DNA of 64,000 nucleotides from a bacterium (lineage in GTDB: Bacteria > Verrucomicrobiota > Verrucomicrobiia > Limisphaerales > RI-55), in the NCBI GenBank assembly GCA_031362805.1, contig JANLTG010000215.1, positions 13,522 through 77,521 on the forward strand, in the 5' to 3' direction. A model generated the notes under the pieces. That model searched no databases. It saw only the letters and a program-made list of their open reading frames with translations, and was not told the DNA's origin. The position numbers and the translations under genes are program-made. Below, one piece after another: positions 9,184 through 18,161 of this stretch (position 1 is the stretch's first letter; each line of letters begins with the position of its first letter).

Positions 9184-11172
9184 ATGCCGCCCCAGGTAGG
9201 CCGCCCGCCGGAAAAGCCGGTCATGATCTTCGACGGCGACTGCGGGTTCTGCCGGTTCTGGATCGAGCGTTGGCGCCGGTGGACGCAAGCGCAGGTGGAG
9301 TTCGTGCCGTATCAAGATGCCTCGGTCGCCGAACGCTTTCCCGAAGTTTCCGTTGCCGCCTGCGAGAAAGCGGTGCACTTGGTGGAGCGGGATGGCCGGG
9401 TGTTTCGTGGCGCGGAGGCGGTGTTTCAGTCGCTCGCAGGCGTGTTCCTGCTCGCCTGGTTGATCCGGATCTATCGTGCGATCCCGTTATTCGCGAGATT
9501 GAGCGAGACGGCATATCGGTTTGTGGCCAGCCACCGCCAGTTGTTCTCGCGCATCAATCGCTGGCTATGGGGCGCCCGCCCGGAACTGCCGCGTTACGAA
9601 CTCACCACTGCCCTGCTCGTGCGGGCGTTGGGGTTGATCTTCCTGACCGCGTTCATTTCCCTTTGGGTGCAGATCCACGGACTCGTCGGCGAGAATGGAA
9701 TCCTGCCCGCCGGAGATTTCATGAGATCAGCCGCCGCCTACTTCGATCAAACGGGGGAGACCTTCAACCGCTACTTCCGGTTGCCGACACTTGGGTGGAT
9801 CGCGGCCGGCAATCTGGCATTGCACACGTACTGCCTGCTTGGCGTGCTGTGTTCACTCCTCGTGGTGATCGGTCGGGCGCCGGCGGCAGCGCTCGCGGGT
9901 TGCTGGCTTTTCTACCTCACGCTGGTTGGGCTCGGACAAGATTTCCTCAGCTTTCAATGGGACGTGCTGCTGCTCGAGGCGGGCCTGCTGGTCGCGTTGA
10001 TTGCGCCGTGGTGCCGTCGCTTGGAGCTTGGCAGAATCTCCCGGCCGCTGCTGGGCATCCTGCTCGTGCGCTGGCTGCTCTTCCGGTTGATGCTCGAATC
10101 GGGCGCGGTGAAGTGGCTGAGCGGCGACCTCGCGTGGCGCAACTTTTCGGCACTGCAATTTCATTTCGAGACCCAGCCGCTGCCGCACTGGCTGAGCTGG
10201 CACGTGCATCATCTGCCCGCCTGGCTGCTCAAGGCCGCCACGCTCGGCATGTTCGCCATCGAGTTGCTTGTGCCGTTTCTGATCTTCGCGCCGCGGCGGT
10301 TGCGACTGTTTGCCGCCGGGGCTTTCGCGGTCCTTCAGTTCGGCATTATTGCCACCGGCAACTACGGCTGCTTCAACTGGCTGACACTGGTGCTCTGCCT
10401 GGCGTTGCTGGATGACCGCGCCTTCCGCGACTCCATGGAATGGCTCAAGCGAAAAATGCCAGCGCTGGCAAAATCGAAAGCAGGATTGTGGGCCGGCAGG
10501 ACCTTCAACCAGGGCGACGAAACCCGTGCTGCGGATGCACCACCGGCCCAGCCCGTATCGACGAGCCGCCTCGAACGAATTCGCCGGCGTGTGCTGATCG
10601 CCTATGCGGTGACCGTGGTCCTGATCGGCCTGGCGCAACTCGACAACGTCTTTGGCTCACGTTCGCGGAGCGGCGGCCCCGTGACCTGGCTGCGGAGCAA
10701 AGTCGAACCGTTTCGCGTCGTGAACACCTACGGGTTGTTCGCGGTGATGACGACCTCGCGCCCGGAGCTGATCATCGAAGGCAGCCTCGATGGGGTTGCG
10801 TGGCGTCCTTATGTGTTCAAGTACAAGCCCGGGCCGCTGGCTCGCCGGCCGCCGATCGTGCCGCTTCACATGCCGCGGCTCGACTGGCAGCTGTGGTTCG
10901 CCGCGTTGCAGGAGGGCAATCCACCGCGCTGGCTGGGCAATTTCGCGCAGCGCCTGTTCGAACGCTCGCCGGACGTGCTCGATCTGCTCGCCAACGATCC
11001 CTTTCCGGACCAGCCGCCGCGTTACATGCGCGTGCTCGCGTTTGATTACCGCTTTTCAAATTCCAGCATGCGCAAGAATACTGGCCACTGGTGGATCGGC
11101 CTCAATCGCCGCCATTACGTACCGATGATGCAGTGGGAGCCGCCCAAGCCTGGGCCAACCAAACGCAAGTGA
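9184..11172 (+). CDS. Fusion protein: DCC-family thiol-disulfide oxidoreductase domain (DUF393) plus polytopic lipase maturation factor (LMF) family domain
   Basis: The ORF opens at 8971 inside ilvC. ATG at 9184 lies after the ilvC terminator. The N-terminus has FDGDCGFCRFW (DCC CxxC motif). The remainder is multi-TM with the LMF-like C-terminus ...LHMPRLDWQLWFAAL. Confidence 0.7.
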   Translation: MPPQVGRPPEKPVMIFDGDCGFCRFWIERWRRWTQAQVEFVPYQDASVAERFPEVSVAACEKAVHLVERDGRVFRGAEAVFQSLAGVFLLAWLIRIYRAIPLFARLSETAYRFVASHRQLFSRINRWLWGARPELPRYELTTALLVRALGLIFLTAFISLWVQIHGLVGENGILPAGDFMRSAAAYFDQTGETFNRYFRLPTLGWIAAGNLALHTYCLLGVLCSLLVVIGRAPAAALAGCWLFYLTLVGLGQDFLSFQWDVLLLEAGLLVALIAPWCRRLELGRISRPLLGILLVRWLLFRLMLESGAVKWLSGDLAWRNFSALQFHFETQPLPHWLSWHVHHLPAWLLKAATLGMFAIELLVPFLIFAPRRLRLFAAGAFAVLQFGIIATGNYGCFNWLTLVLCLALLDDRAFRDSMEWLKRKMPALAKSKAGLWAGRTFNQGDETRAADAPPAQPVSTSRLERIRRRVLIAYAVTVVLIGLAQLDNVFGSRSRSGGPVTWLRSKVEPFRVVNTYGLFAVMTTSRPELIIEGSLDGVAWRPYVFKYKPGPLARRPPIVPLHMPRLDWQLWFAALQEGNPPRWLGNFAQRLFERSPDVLDLLANDPFPDQPPRYMRVLAFDYRFSNSSMRKNTGHWWIGLNRRHYVPMMQWEPPKPGPTKRK

Positions 11173-11330
11173 CTGCCGTCTGACGCCAGCGGGTGAACAG
11201 CCGCAGGGAAGCCTGGCGTGAGCGGTTGGAAAGGCGTTGACCCTTGCGGGTTGGAGCATTGTCATTTCGATTTCGCCTTTCCAGTTGTCTCCCGCAGCAA
11301 ACCTCTGCACCCTCGCGATATCAGCATTCT

Positions 11331-12980
11331 ATGAGTGAGATCCTCGTCATTGGCCACCGCAATCCCGACACCGACGCCATTTGCTCGGCGATTGGCTACG
11401 CCGAATTCAAACGGCGGACCGGCATGAAGGAAGCCGTGGCCGCGCGCTGCGGCGACACCAATGAGCGAATCGACTTTGTCTTGCGCACATTTGGCGTGCC
11501 GGCGCCCAAGTTTGTCTCCGACGTCTCGCCGCGCGTGCGCGATGTGATGGCGCCGCACACGATAGCTGTCACCCCCGACTCGTCCGCCGCCGAGGCGCTC
11601 GCGGTGCTGGAAGATCGTGGCAAGCGGGTGTTGCCGGTGCTCGACGCCGAGGGCCGGTGCATGGGCCTGGTGTCCGTGTTCAAGATGACGCGGTCGTTTT
11701 ATCCTTCACCGGAGCGCTTGTTCGACTCACGGCGGGTGCTGGCGACCTTGAACAGTCTGGTACGAACACTGGGTGGCGAACTGGTGTATGGGATTGAACC
11801 GGACCGCGAGGACGACCTAGTCATGATGATCAGCGCCATGAGCCTCGGTTCGTTCGTGCAACGCCTGCCCATCTACCAGCCAGAGAAGCTGCTGGTCATC
11901 GTCGGCGACCGCGAGGATGTGCAGCAGGTGGCCGTCGATGAACACATTCGCGTGCTCATCGTCACGGGTGGTCTGCCGGTCACGGCGCCGGTGTTGAGCG
12001 ACGCACAAGCCAATGGAGTCAGCATCATCAAGTCACCGCACGACACCGCCACCACGGCGATGCTGTGCCGGGGCGCGATCGCGGTGCGCCACTTGTTGAC
12101 GGAGCATGTGTTGAAATTCAACGAAGACGAGCAGCTCGCGGGCATCCGCAATCTCGCGGCCGAATCCCAGTTTCAAGCCTTCCCCGTGGTCAACGACCGC
12201 CAGCAGGTCATCGGCATGTTGTCGAAGTCCGACTTCCTGAAGTCCGTCGAACGCAAGCTGATCCTCGTCGATCACAATGAACTCTCCCAGGCCGTGCGCG
12301 GCGCGGATCAGGTCGAGATCCTGGAAATCATCGACCACCACCGGATCGGCGCGCTGACCACTTCCCAGCCCATCCTTTTCCGCAACGAACCAGTCGGCTC
12401 GACCTCGACGATCGTCGCCGACTGCTTTCAACGTCACCAGCTCGAGCCCCCGCAACACATCGCCGGCCTGCTGCTGGCGGGGCTCGTATCCGACACGCTC
12501 AACCTCACCTCGCCCACCACCACCTCGCGCGACGTCGAAGTCCTCGCCTGGCTGGAGAAGATCAGCCGCATCAACGCGGCGCGCTTCACCGAGAAGTTGT
12601 TCGAGTCCGGCTCGCTGTTAATTTCCCGGCCGGCGGATCAAGCGATCACCACCGACTGCAAGGAATACACGGAGGACGAGCGGCGGTTCAGTGTCGCGCA
12701 GATTGAGGAGATCGGGTTCGACCAGTTTCACAAACGCAAGGCCGAGGTAAGGGCCGCGCTGGACCGCTACCAGAGCGACAAGGATTACTATTTCTCCGCC
12801 CTGCTCGTCACGGACGTCGTGGGCCAGACCAGCCTCCTGGTCGTCGCGGGCTCGAACAGCTTTCTCAAGCAGATCGACTACCCCGAAATCGAGCCGGGCA
12901 TTTACGAACTGGAAGGCGTTGTGTCCCGGAAGAAACAGCTGTTGCCGTTCCTCACGCACTGCATGAAACGGGCGGGTTGA
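11331..12980 (+). CDS. CBS-domain-containing family II (DHH/DHHA2) inorganic pyrophosphatase
   Basis: ATG at 11331 (MSEILVIGHRNPDTDAICS, DHH motif I). CBS-like segments, a DRTGG-like insert (IVGDRED...VTGG), LVDHNE, IIDHHR and a DHHA2 tail. Confidence 0.8.
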   Translation: MSEILVIGHRNPDTDAICSAIGYAEFKRRTGMKEAVAARCGDTNERIDFVLRTFGVPAPKFVSDVSPRVRDVMAPHTIAVTPDSSAAEALAVLEDRGKRVLPVLDAEGRCMGLVSVFKMTRSFYPSPERLFDSRRVLATLNSLVRTLGGELVYGIEPDREDDLVMMISAMSLGSFVQRLPIYQPEKLLVIVGDREDVQQVAVDEHIRVLIVTGGLPVTAPVLSDAQANGVSIIKSPHDTATTAMLCRGAIAVRHLLTEHVLKFNEDEQLAGIRNLAAESQFQAFPVVNDRQQVIGMLSKSDFLKSVERKLILVDHNELSQAVRGADQVEILEIIDHHRIGALTTSQPILFRNEPVGSTSTIVADCFQRHQLEPPQHIAGLLLAGLVSDTLNLTSPTTTSRDVEVLAWLEKISRINAARFTEKLFESGSLLISRPADQAITTDCKEYTEDERRFSVAQIEEIGFDQFHKRKAEVRAALDRYQSDKDYYFSALLVTDVVGQTSLLVVAGSNSFLKQIDYPEIEPGIYELEGVVSRKKQLLPFLTHCMKRAG

Positions 12981-13059
12981 AGCCCTCTCATCACTCCGGA
13001 CGCGCCGGCGTCTCGTCATACGGCTTGCCTTGGCGGGCGCAGTTTCGCATTTTCCCACC

Positions 13060-13548
13060 ATGCAATCCCACGAGATGTTGCGCGAGGTGTTCAAAGGTTC
13101 CAGCCCGAAACAGATTGCCGCCGAGTTGGGCATCTCGCTTTCGATGGTTTACAAATGGGCCGAGTCGCAGGAAGGCGAGGGGAGCGGCGCCACCAACCCG
13201 CTGGACCGCATCCACTCCATCATCCGCACGACCAACGATCCCCGGATCGTGCAATGGATCTGCGAGAAGGCCGGCGGATTCTTCATTCAGAACCCAAAGC
13301 ACAAACATCCACATCCCGACTATCTCATCCCGGCGACCAATTCGATCGTCCAGGAATTCGCCGACCTGCTCTCCGTGATCGCGGTCGCCGCCGCCGACAA
13401 CCACATCAGCAAGCAGGAGGCGAAAGACATCCGCCGACGTTGGGAAGACCTCAAGTCCGTCACCGAATGTTTTGTCGAATGCTGCGAGGAAGGCAACTTC
13501 AGCCGACTCAAGGAAAGCCCGCCGGCTCTGCCCACCGAGGCGAAGTAA
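13060..13548 (+). CDS. Hypothetical helix-turn-helix protein (phage CII/regulator-like)
   Basis: ATG at 13060. The segment SPKQIAAELGISLSMVYKWAE is a clear HTH. No further family was recognised. Confidence 0.4.
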   Translation: MQSHEMLREVFKGSSPKQIAAELGISLSMVYKWAESQEGEGSGATNPLDRIHSIIRTTNDPRIVQWICEKAGGFFIQNPKHKHPHPDYLIPATNSIVQEFADLLSVIAVAAADNHISKQEAKDIRRRWEDLKSVTECFVECCEEGNFSRLKESPPALPTEAK

Positions 13549-13678
13549 GCAGGCTGGTCCAAGTTCGGTGTTGGACGTTGGAGGTTTGGAACCCCTTTGG
13601 ATTTCGGTTTTCAGCCTTTGGCTTTTCTTCTTCCCTCCCCCCACGGTTGACCGACCCCGCCCGCTAGACTGCGGGCGT

Positions 13679-13900
13679 ATGAAGCTTGAACAACAGCCCG
13701 TCAGTCAGATTGAACTGACCCTCGTCACCGAAGCCCGCCCCCGCCGCCAGGCACCGCCTCGGCCCTACCAACGTCGCCGCCAGCAGGCCCTCTGGTGGTT
13801 CCGTGAAATGCACCGCGTCGTGGATGATGCCATCGGCTGGTCCACCCAGCCTTCGGCCCGACCGGAGCAGCGGCGCTTGACCCTCGTGGCTGGGGAATAG
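13679..13900 (+). CDS. Small hypothetical protein (73 aa), weakly supported
   Basis: ATG at 13679 (MKLEQQPVSQIELTL...WWFREMHRVVDDAIGW). It lies in an otherwise non-coding gap. Arg-rich; could be noise. Confidence 0.2.
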   Translation: MKLEQQPVSQIELTLVTEARPRRQAPPRPYQRRRQQALWWFREMHRVVDDAIGWSTQPSARPEQRRLTLVAGE

Positions 13901-13920
13901 GGAGCGGGGCGCTCCGTTCT

Positions 13921-15030
13921 TCAGACCGCCAGTCGTCGAGCCCGCGCGCTGATCACCCAGCGATCCACGGCCTGGCCTTGATCGACCACGACGGCTTCGT
14001 TGTACAGCGCGACGGTCGGGCAGATGTGTTTCGGCACGGCGTAGAGGCGGTCGCCCACGGCGAAGCGATCGGCAAACTCCGTTTCGACGACGAGATGTTC
14101 CTCGCTGTGCATCATAGGCCGGGCGTCGGGCAGATTCAGGAAACGCACCCGCGGTGGTGGGTTCTCGGCGGCCACGGCCTTGTGGCCGAGATCGAGGCAA
14201 AGCCGGTTGCCGGCGGGCTTGCTCACGACCCGGGTCAACAGGAGAGCCGCCAGCTCGAAGGGCAGGTCGGGCAGCATGTCCGCGTAGCCGAAGTCCCACA
14301 GCACGTAGGTGCCGGGGCTGCATTCGACCTGCGGATTCCCGGCGTGAAACGGAAAGGTGGGCGTGCCACCCGCAACCACCAGCGGAACCGACAAGCCGGC
14401 GGCCACGAGCTGCTCGCGGAGCTGGTTCACTGGCGCAAAGGCTTCCTCACATTGTTTGCGCCGCAGTGCGAGATCCGTCTCGTGGAGGTGTCCGTCGTAA
14501 GCGTGCAGGCCGGCCGCGTTGAGCGCGGGCGAAGCCGCGATCGCCCGGTAGAGCGCCACGGCCTGCAGCCCTGGGGCCACGCCGCTGCGGCGCATTCCAC
14601 AATCGACGTCGAGCAGCATATCCAGCGACAAGCCCGCCGCACTCACCGCGCACGACAGCTGTTTGATCGCACCTTCGTCATCGGCGATGACGGAGAACTT
14701 TGTCTCGGGAAACCGGCGGATCAATTCAATGACGCGCGCGACGTTGGGCCCAACCGGCTGATAGGCAAGCAGCACGTCCGGCGCGGAATGCGTGGCCAGC
14801 AGCTCGGCCTCGGCGATGGTCGCGCACTTGAACTTCGTGATGCCCTGGGCGAGGTGCATGATCACGATCATCCCCGCCTTGTGCGTTTTGATGTGCGGCC
14901 GCAATCGGTCGGTGCCGCCAGCGATCTCGATCACGCACGCGATGTTCGCCGCGATGCGCTCGGGATAGAACAACAGTGCGGGTGACGCGACCTCGTCGAC
15001 ATTCTCGATCTCGTACCAGTTCGCGCTCAT
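13921..15030 (-). CDS. PLP-dependent D-threonine aldolase / D-serine dehydratase-like enzyme (alanine racemase N-domain fold, D-TA family)
   Basis: 369 aa. LRPHIKTHK contains the PLP-lysine motif typical of DSD1/D-TA proteins. C-terminal H..P.H motif region. Confidence 0.75.
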   Translation of the reverse strand: MSANWYEIENVDEVASPALLFYPERIAANIACVIEIAGGTDRLRPHIKTHKAGMIVIMHLAQGITKFKCATIAEAELLATHSAPDVLLAYQPVGPNVARVIELIRRFPETKFSVIADDEGAIKQLSCAVSAAGLSLDMLLDVDCGMRRSGVAPGLQAVALYRAIAASPALNAAGLHAYDGHLHETDLALRRKQCEEAFAPVNQLREQLVAAGLSVPLVVAGGTPTFPFHAGNPQVECSPGTYVLWDFGYADMLPDLPFELAALLLTRVVSKPAGNRLCLDLGHKAVAAENPPPRVRFLNLPDARPMMHSEEHLVVETEFADRFAVGDRLYAVPKHICPTVALYNEAVVVDQGQAVDRWVISARARRLAV

Positions 15031-15048
15031 GGCTCAGTTGTAGTTGGT

Positions 15049-15510
15049 TTAGTGCAGCTCAAAGATCGCCTCGATCTCGACGGCGATGTTGCCGGGCAGC
15101 GAGCCCATGCCCACGGCGCTCCGGGCGCCGATGCCATTCTCGGGACCGAACACCTCCGCGAACAATTCGCTACAGCCGTTGATCACCTTGGGATGGTCGG
15201 CGAAGTCTGGCGTGCAGTTGACCATGCCCAGCACTTTCACGACTCGCTTGAGGCGGTCGAGGCTGCCGAACTGGCTGCGCAAGGTCGCGAGGATTGCCAG
15301 TCCGACCTGACGCGCGGCCGCCTTGCCACCCTCAAGGTCGAGGTCGGCGCCGACGCGGCCGGTGATCAGCGTCTTATCCGGACGGAGCGGGCCGTGGCCC
15401 GAGACGTAGGCAAGCTTGTCCACCACCACGATGGGCCGATACACGGCAATGGGCTTGGGCGCGGGCGGCAGTTCGAGTTTCAGTTCCTTGATACGGTCTT
15501 CGGCATTCAT
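15049..15510 (-). CDS. ridA: RidA/YjgF family reactive-intermediate deaminase
   Basis: ATG at 15510 (MNAEDRIKELKLELP...). The C-terminus PARSAVGMGSLPGNIAVEIEAIFEL is the RidA signature. Confidence 0.85.
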   Translation of the reverse strand: MNAEDRIKELKLELPPAPKPIAVYRPIVVVDKLAYVSGHGPLRPDKTLITGRVGADLDLEGGKAAARQVGLAILATLRSQFGSLDRLKRVVKVLGMVNCTPDFADHPKVINGCSELFAEVFGPENGIGARSAVGMGSLPGNIAVEIEAIFELH

Positions 15511-15641
15511 GGAGTGCGAACGGTTTAGCAAGTCGCGCTGCGAATGGGAACACCAATGTCCGGCCAAGCGATCGCAGATTTCTTGCCGGCCGGTTTTTTC
15601 GACGTTGCCGCCCCCGATGGCCCCCTCTACAATCTCCCCCC

Positions 15642-16619
15642 ATGAAACATCAGCTTGATTTCGAAAAGCCCGTTTTCGAATTGCAGCGCAAGCTGGAGGA
15701 GTTGCGGAAGCACCCGGAAACTCACTCGATGGGAGTGAGCTTTGAGGATGAGATTGCGCTGATCGAGACCAAGATCGCGGAAACCCGCCGCCAGATTTTC
15801 CTCAACCTCACCCCCTGGCAACGGGTGCAGCTCGCGCGCCATCCCCGTCGGCCCTTCTCGCTCGATTACCTCAGCCACGCCTTCGAGGATTTCAGTGAAT
15901 TACACGGCGACCGGCTGTTTGCCGAAGACCGGGCCATGGTGGGCGGCTTCGCCCGGCTCGGGCATCACAAGGTCGTGGTCGTCGGCACCCAAAAAGGCCG
16001 TGACACCAAGGAGAACATCCGCCGCAACTTCGGCTCGGCCCACCCGGAGGGCTACCGCAAGGCCCTGCGCCTGATGCAACTGGCAGACAAATTCAATCTG
16101 CCCATCATCACCTTGATCGACACCGCCGGCGCTTATCCCGGCATCGGCGCCGAGGAGCGCCATATCGCCGAGGCCATTGCCGTGAATCTACGCGAGATGA
16201 TGCTCATCCGCACGCCCATCATCGCGGCCGTCATCGGCGAAGGTGGCTCCGGGGGCGCGCTCGGCATTGGCGTCGCCAACCGCGTGTTGATCCTCGAAAA
16301 CGCCTACTACTCGGTCATCAGCCCGGAAGGTTGTGCGGCAATTCTTTGGAAGGATCGCGCCGCCGCACCGCAGGCCGCCGAGGCCTTGAAAATCACCGCC
16401 CGCCATTTGCTGGAGCTTGGGCTGGTGGACGAAGTCGTGCCCGAGCCGCTCGGCGGCGCGCACAACGATCTCGAGACCACCGCCGCGACGCTCAAAAGTG
16501 CCCTGCTTAACCATCTCGAGAGCTGCCTCAGCTTGAGCGTCGAGCAGCGCCTGCAACAGCGCTACCAAAAGTTCCGGGCCTTTGGTCGCTTCGACGAGGG
16601 ACAGGCGAAGGCCGCCTGA
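15642..16619 (+). CDS. accA: Acetyl-CoA carboxylase carboxyltransferase alpha subunit
   Basis: 325 aa. LDFEKPVFELQRKLEEL start, DTAGAYPGIGAEERHIAEAIA and SVISPEGCAAILWKD motifs. Confidence 0.95.
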   Translation: MKHQLDFEKPVFELQRKLEELRKHPETHSMGVSFEDEIALIETKIAETRRQIFLNLTPWQRVQLARHPRRPFSLDYLSHAFEDFSELHGDRLFAEDRAMVGGFARLGHHKVVVVGTQKGRDTKENIRRNFGSAHPEGYRKALRLMQLADKFNLPIITLIDTAGAYPGIGAEERHIAEAIAVNLREMMLIRTPIIAAVIGEGGSGGALGIGVANRVLILENAYYSVISPEGCAAILWKDRAAAPQAAEALKITARHLLELGLVDEVVPEPLGGAHNDLETTAATLKSALLNHLESCLSLSVEQRLQQRYQKFRAFGRFDEGQAKAA

Positions 16620-16647
16620 CGGAGCTGGATCAAGGCTCGGACGGCAC

Positions 16648-16730
16648 GGGCTATAAACAGTTCGGCCTGATGGGCCTGACGAATGGCGGGATTCTGCGGC
16701 AGTGTTTGAAAGCGGTAACTCCGCTCCCGC
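16648..16730. repeat. REP-like intergenic repeat, copy A (upstream of the MazEF-like pair)
   Basis: The 83-nt gggctataaacagttcggcctgatgggcctgacgaatggcggg...gaaagcggtaactccgctcccgc matches copy B at about 75 of 83 positions by hand alignment. Contains hairpin agcgg-taact-ccgct. Confidence 0.85.
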
Positions 16731-16939
16731 CTTCGCAACGCTCCGGCGCGGCCCGCCGTTTCCACCGCTGGGCGAGCCGGAGTCCGACGTGTGGACGAAT
16801 GCTGCTCCAAAACCTGGCGGACAAGGACGCAGCGATATGCCGCTTCGGGGAATGCTGACAAAGCAGCGGCCGACACTTGTCTGACAATCCCGCTCAGGTT
16901 CGGCTTGACGGCCCAGACAGCGGCGGGGAACTTCCCACC

Positions 16940-17230
16940 ATGGCAAACGTCAAGAACAGGCCTCGCTCGACGCCCTCCCGGTTAAGCACCACGCGGGTCG
17001 ATTCTCGTCGGCGGGTGGTGATGCCGACGACGCTGCCGCCGGATGCGGTCGTCACAATTCAGCAACTCGAGGACGACTGCTGGGTGGTGCGCCGGGTCCG
17101 CCCCAGCCGGAAGGTGCGGATGATTTCGATTCCCGTCGTGGACAAGCTCCCGAGGGATTCCAACTGGGAGCGAGCGGAGACGGCTTTTGCCGGAACGGCG
17201 AATCGCGGGCTCACGCCGTTTGAAGAATGA
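16940..17230 (+). CDS. Putative AbrB/MazE-type antitoxin
   Basis: ATG at 16940. The segment RRRVVMPTTLPPDAVVTIQQLEDDCWVVRRV resembles a SpoVT/AbrB swapped-hairpin. 4-nt ATGA overlap with the toxin gene. Confidence 0.45.
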   Translation: MANVKNRPRSTPSRLSTTRVDSRRRVVMPTTLPPDAVVTIQQLEDDCWVVRRVRPSRKVRMISIPVVDKLPRDSNWERAETAFAGTANRGLTPFEE

Positions 17231-17559
17231 AACAGTGGGACATCGTGAGCTGGCAGCCGCCAGGCTGGCCGGAGCCGCATCCCGCGGTGATCGTGTCCCA
17301 CGCGCAACGGGCCGTCGGCAAGCCGGAGGTCGAGGTGATTCTGTGTTCCACCCAGCGGGCCAACCGTAAGGCCGCGTCTCACGAATTCGTACTCGACGAG
17401 GCGGACGGGCTGGACTGGCCCACGCTCTGCAAATGCGATTTGATCTATGCGGTCAACCGCCAGGCGCTGGGCCGGAAGCGCGGCCAGGTTTCCGATCAAC
17501 GCAAAGGGACGCTTGCGCGAACACTCCTCGCCGCCCACGGCTGGGCTGAATTCATGTAG
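17227..17559 (+). CDS. PemK/MazF family toxin (mRNA interferase-like)
   Basis: 110 aa. The pattern WDIVSW...PHPAVIVSH...VILCSTQ...EFVLDEADGLDWPTLCKCDLIYAVNRQALGRKRGQVS follows PemK family order. Confidence 0.7.
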   Translation: MKQWDIVSWQPPGWPEPHPAVIVSHAQRAVGKPEVEVILCSTQRANRKAASHEFVLDEADGLDWPTLCKCDLIYAVNRQALGRKRGQVSDQRKGTLARTLLAAHGWAEFM

Positions 17560-17747
17560 GCTCAACCCGTATCACGAGGGCCAACGGCCCGGCAGATTCC
17601 AGCCTGGGGCAGCGCCCCAGGAATCGCGGTCCCAATCGTTCCAAGGGCTGACGGCCCGCCCTATTACAAAACGGGCAAGGCTGCGGGCCTTCAGTCCTGT
17701 GCCGTGATTTGGAACGATGGACTTGGGGCGATGCCCCCGGCTGGGAT

Positions 17748-17830
17748 GGGCTATAAGCAGTTCGACCCGATGGGCCTGACGAATGGCGGGGATCTTCGGC
17801 GTTGTTTGAAAGCGGTAACTCCGCTCCCGC
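17748..17830. repeat. REP-like intergenic repeat, copy B (downstream of the MazEF-like pair)
   Basis: Same 83-nt element as 16648-16730, offset by exactly 1,100 nt. It is followed by the inverted motif ccgcagtccaagac / gtcctggactgcgg (17838-17903). Confidence 0.85.
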
Positions 17831-18161
17831 TGCGTGACCGCAGTCCAAGACCTGGCGGAAGTTCGAGAGCACCCGATGTGCGCGGTAGCGTCCTGGACTG
17901 CGGCTGCGCAACGCAGTGGAGTTGCCGCTTTGGGACGCGGTCCGATGGCCCGGAGCACTCCCGAACATCGTTGGCCGGTGGCTCCTCGCGCCGTGCGGGA
18001 TTCTGACGGCTGCCCCAACGCTCACCGACGGGGTGCTGGTGACAGTCTCGACCCGGGAAGGTTCGGGTTCGATTCCCCCCTCCGGAATGGATGTGCCAAT
18101 ACGACGGACCGGCACCTTCTAGTGCCCTTGGGGCACAAACGGTCTGGCGGTCGCCTCTCCG

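Noticed and set aside
13472-13900. 142-aa plus-strand ORF
   Set aside because: Its first half reads through the 3' end of the HTH gene and a REP-like element (…VLDVGGLEPLWISVFSLW…). Only the last 73 codons, from ATG 13679, are kept as a low-confidence small ORF.
16620-18161. CRISPR array or other regularly spaced repeat array
   Set aside because: There are only two long copies 1,100 nt apart plus unrelated palindromes. There is no regular repeat-spacer periodicity and no cas genes.
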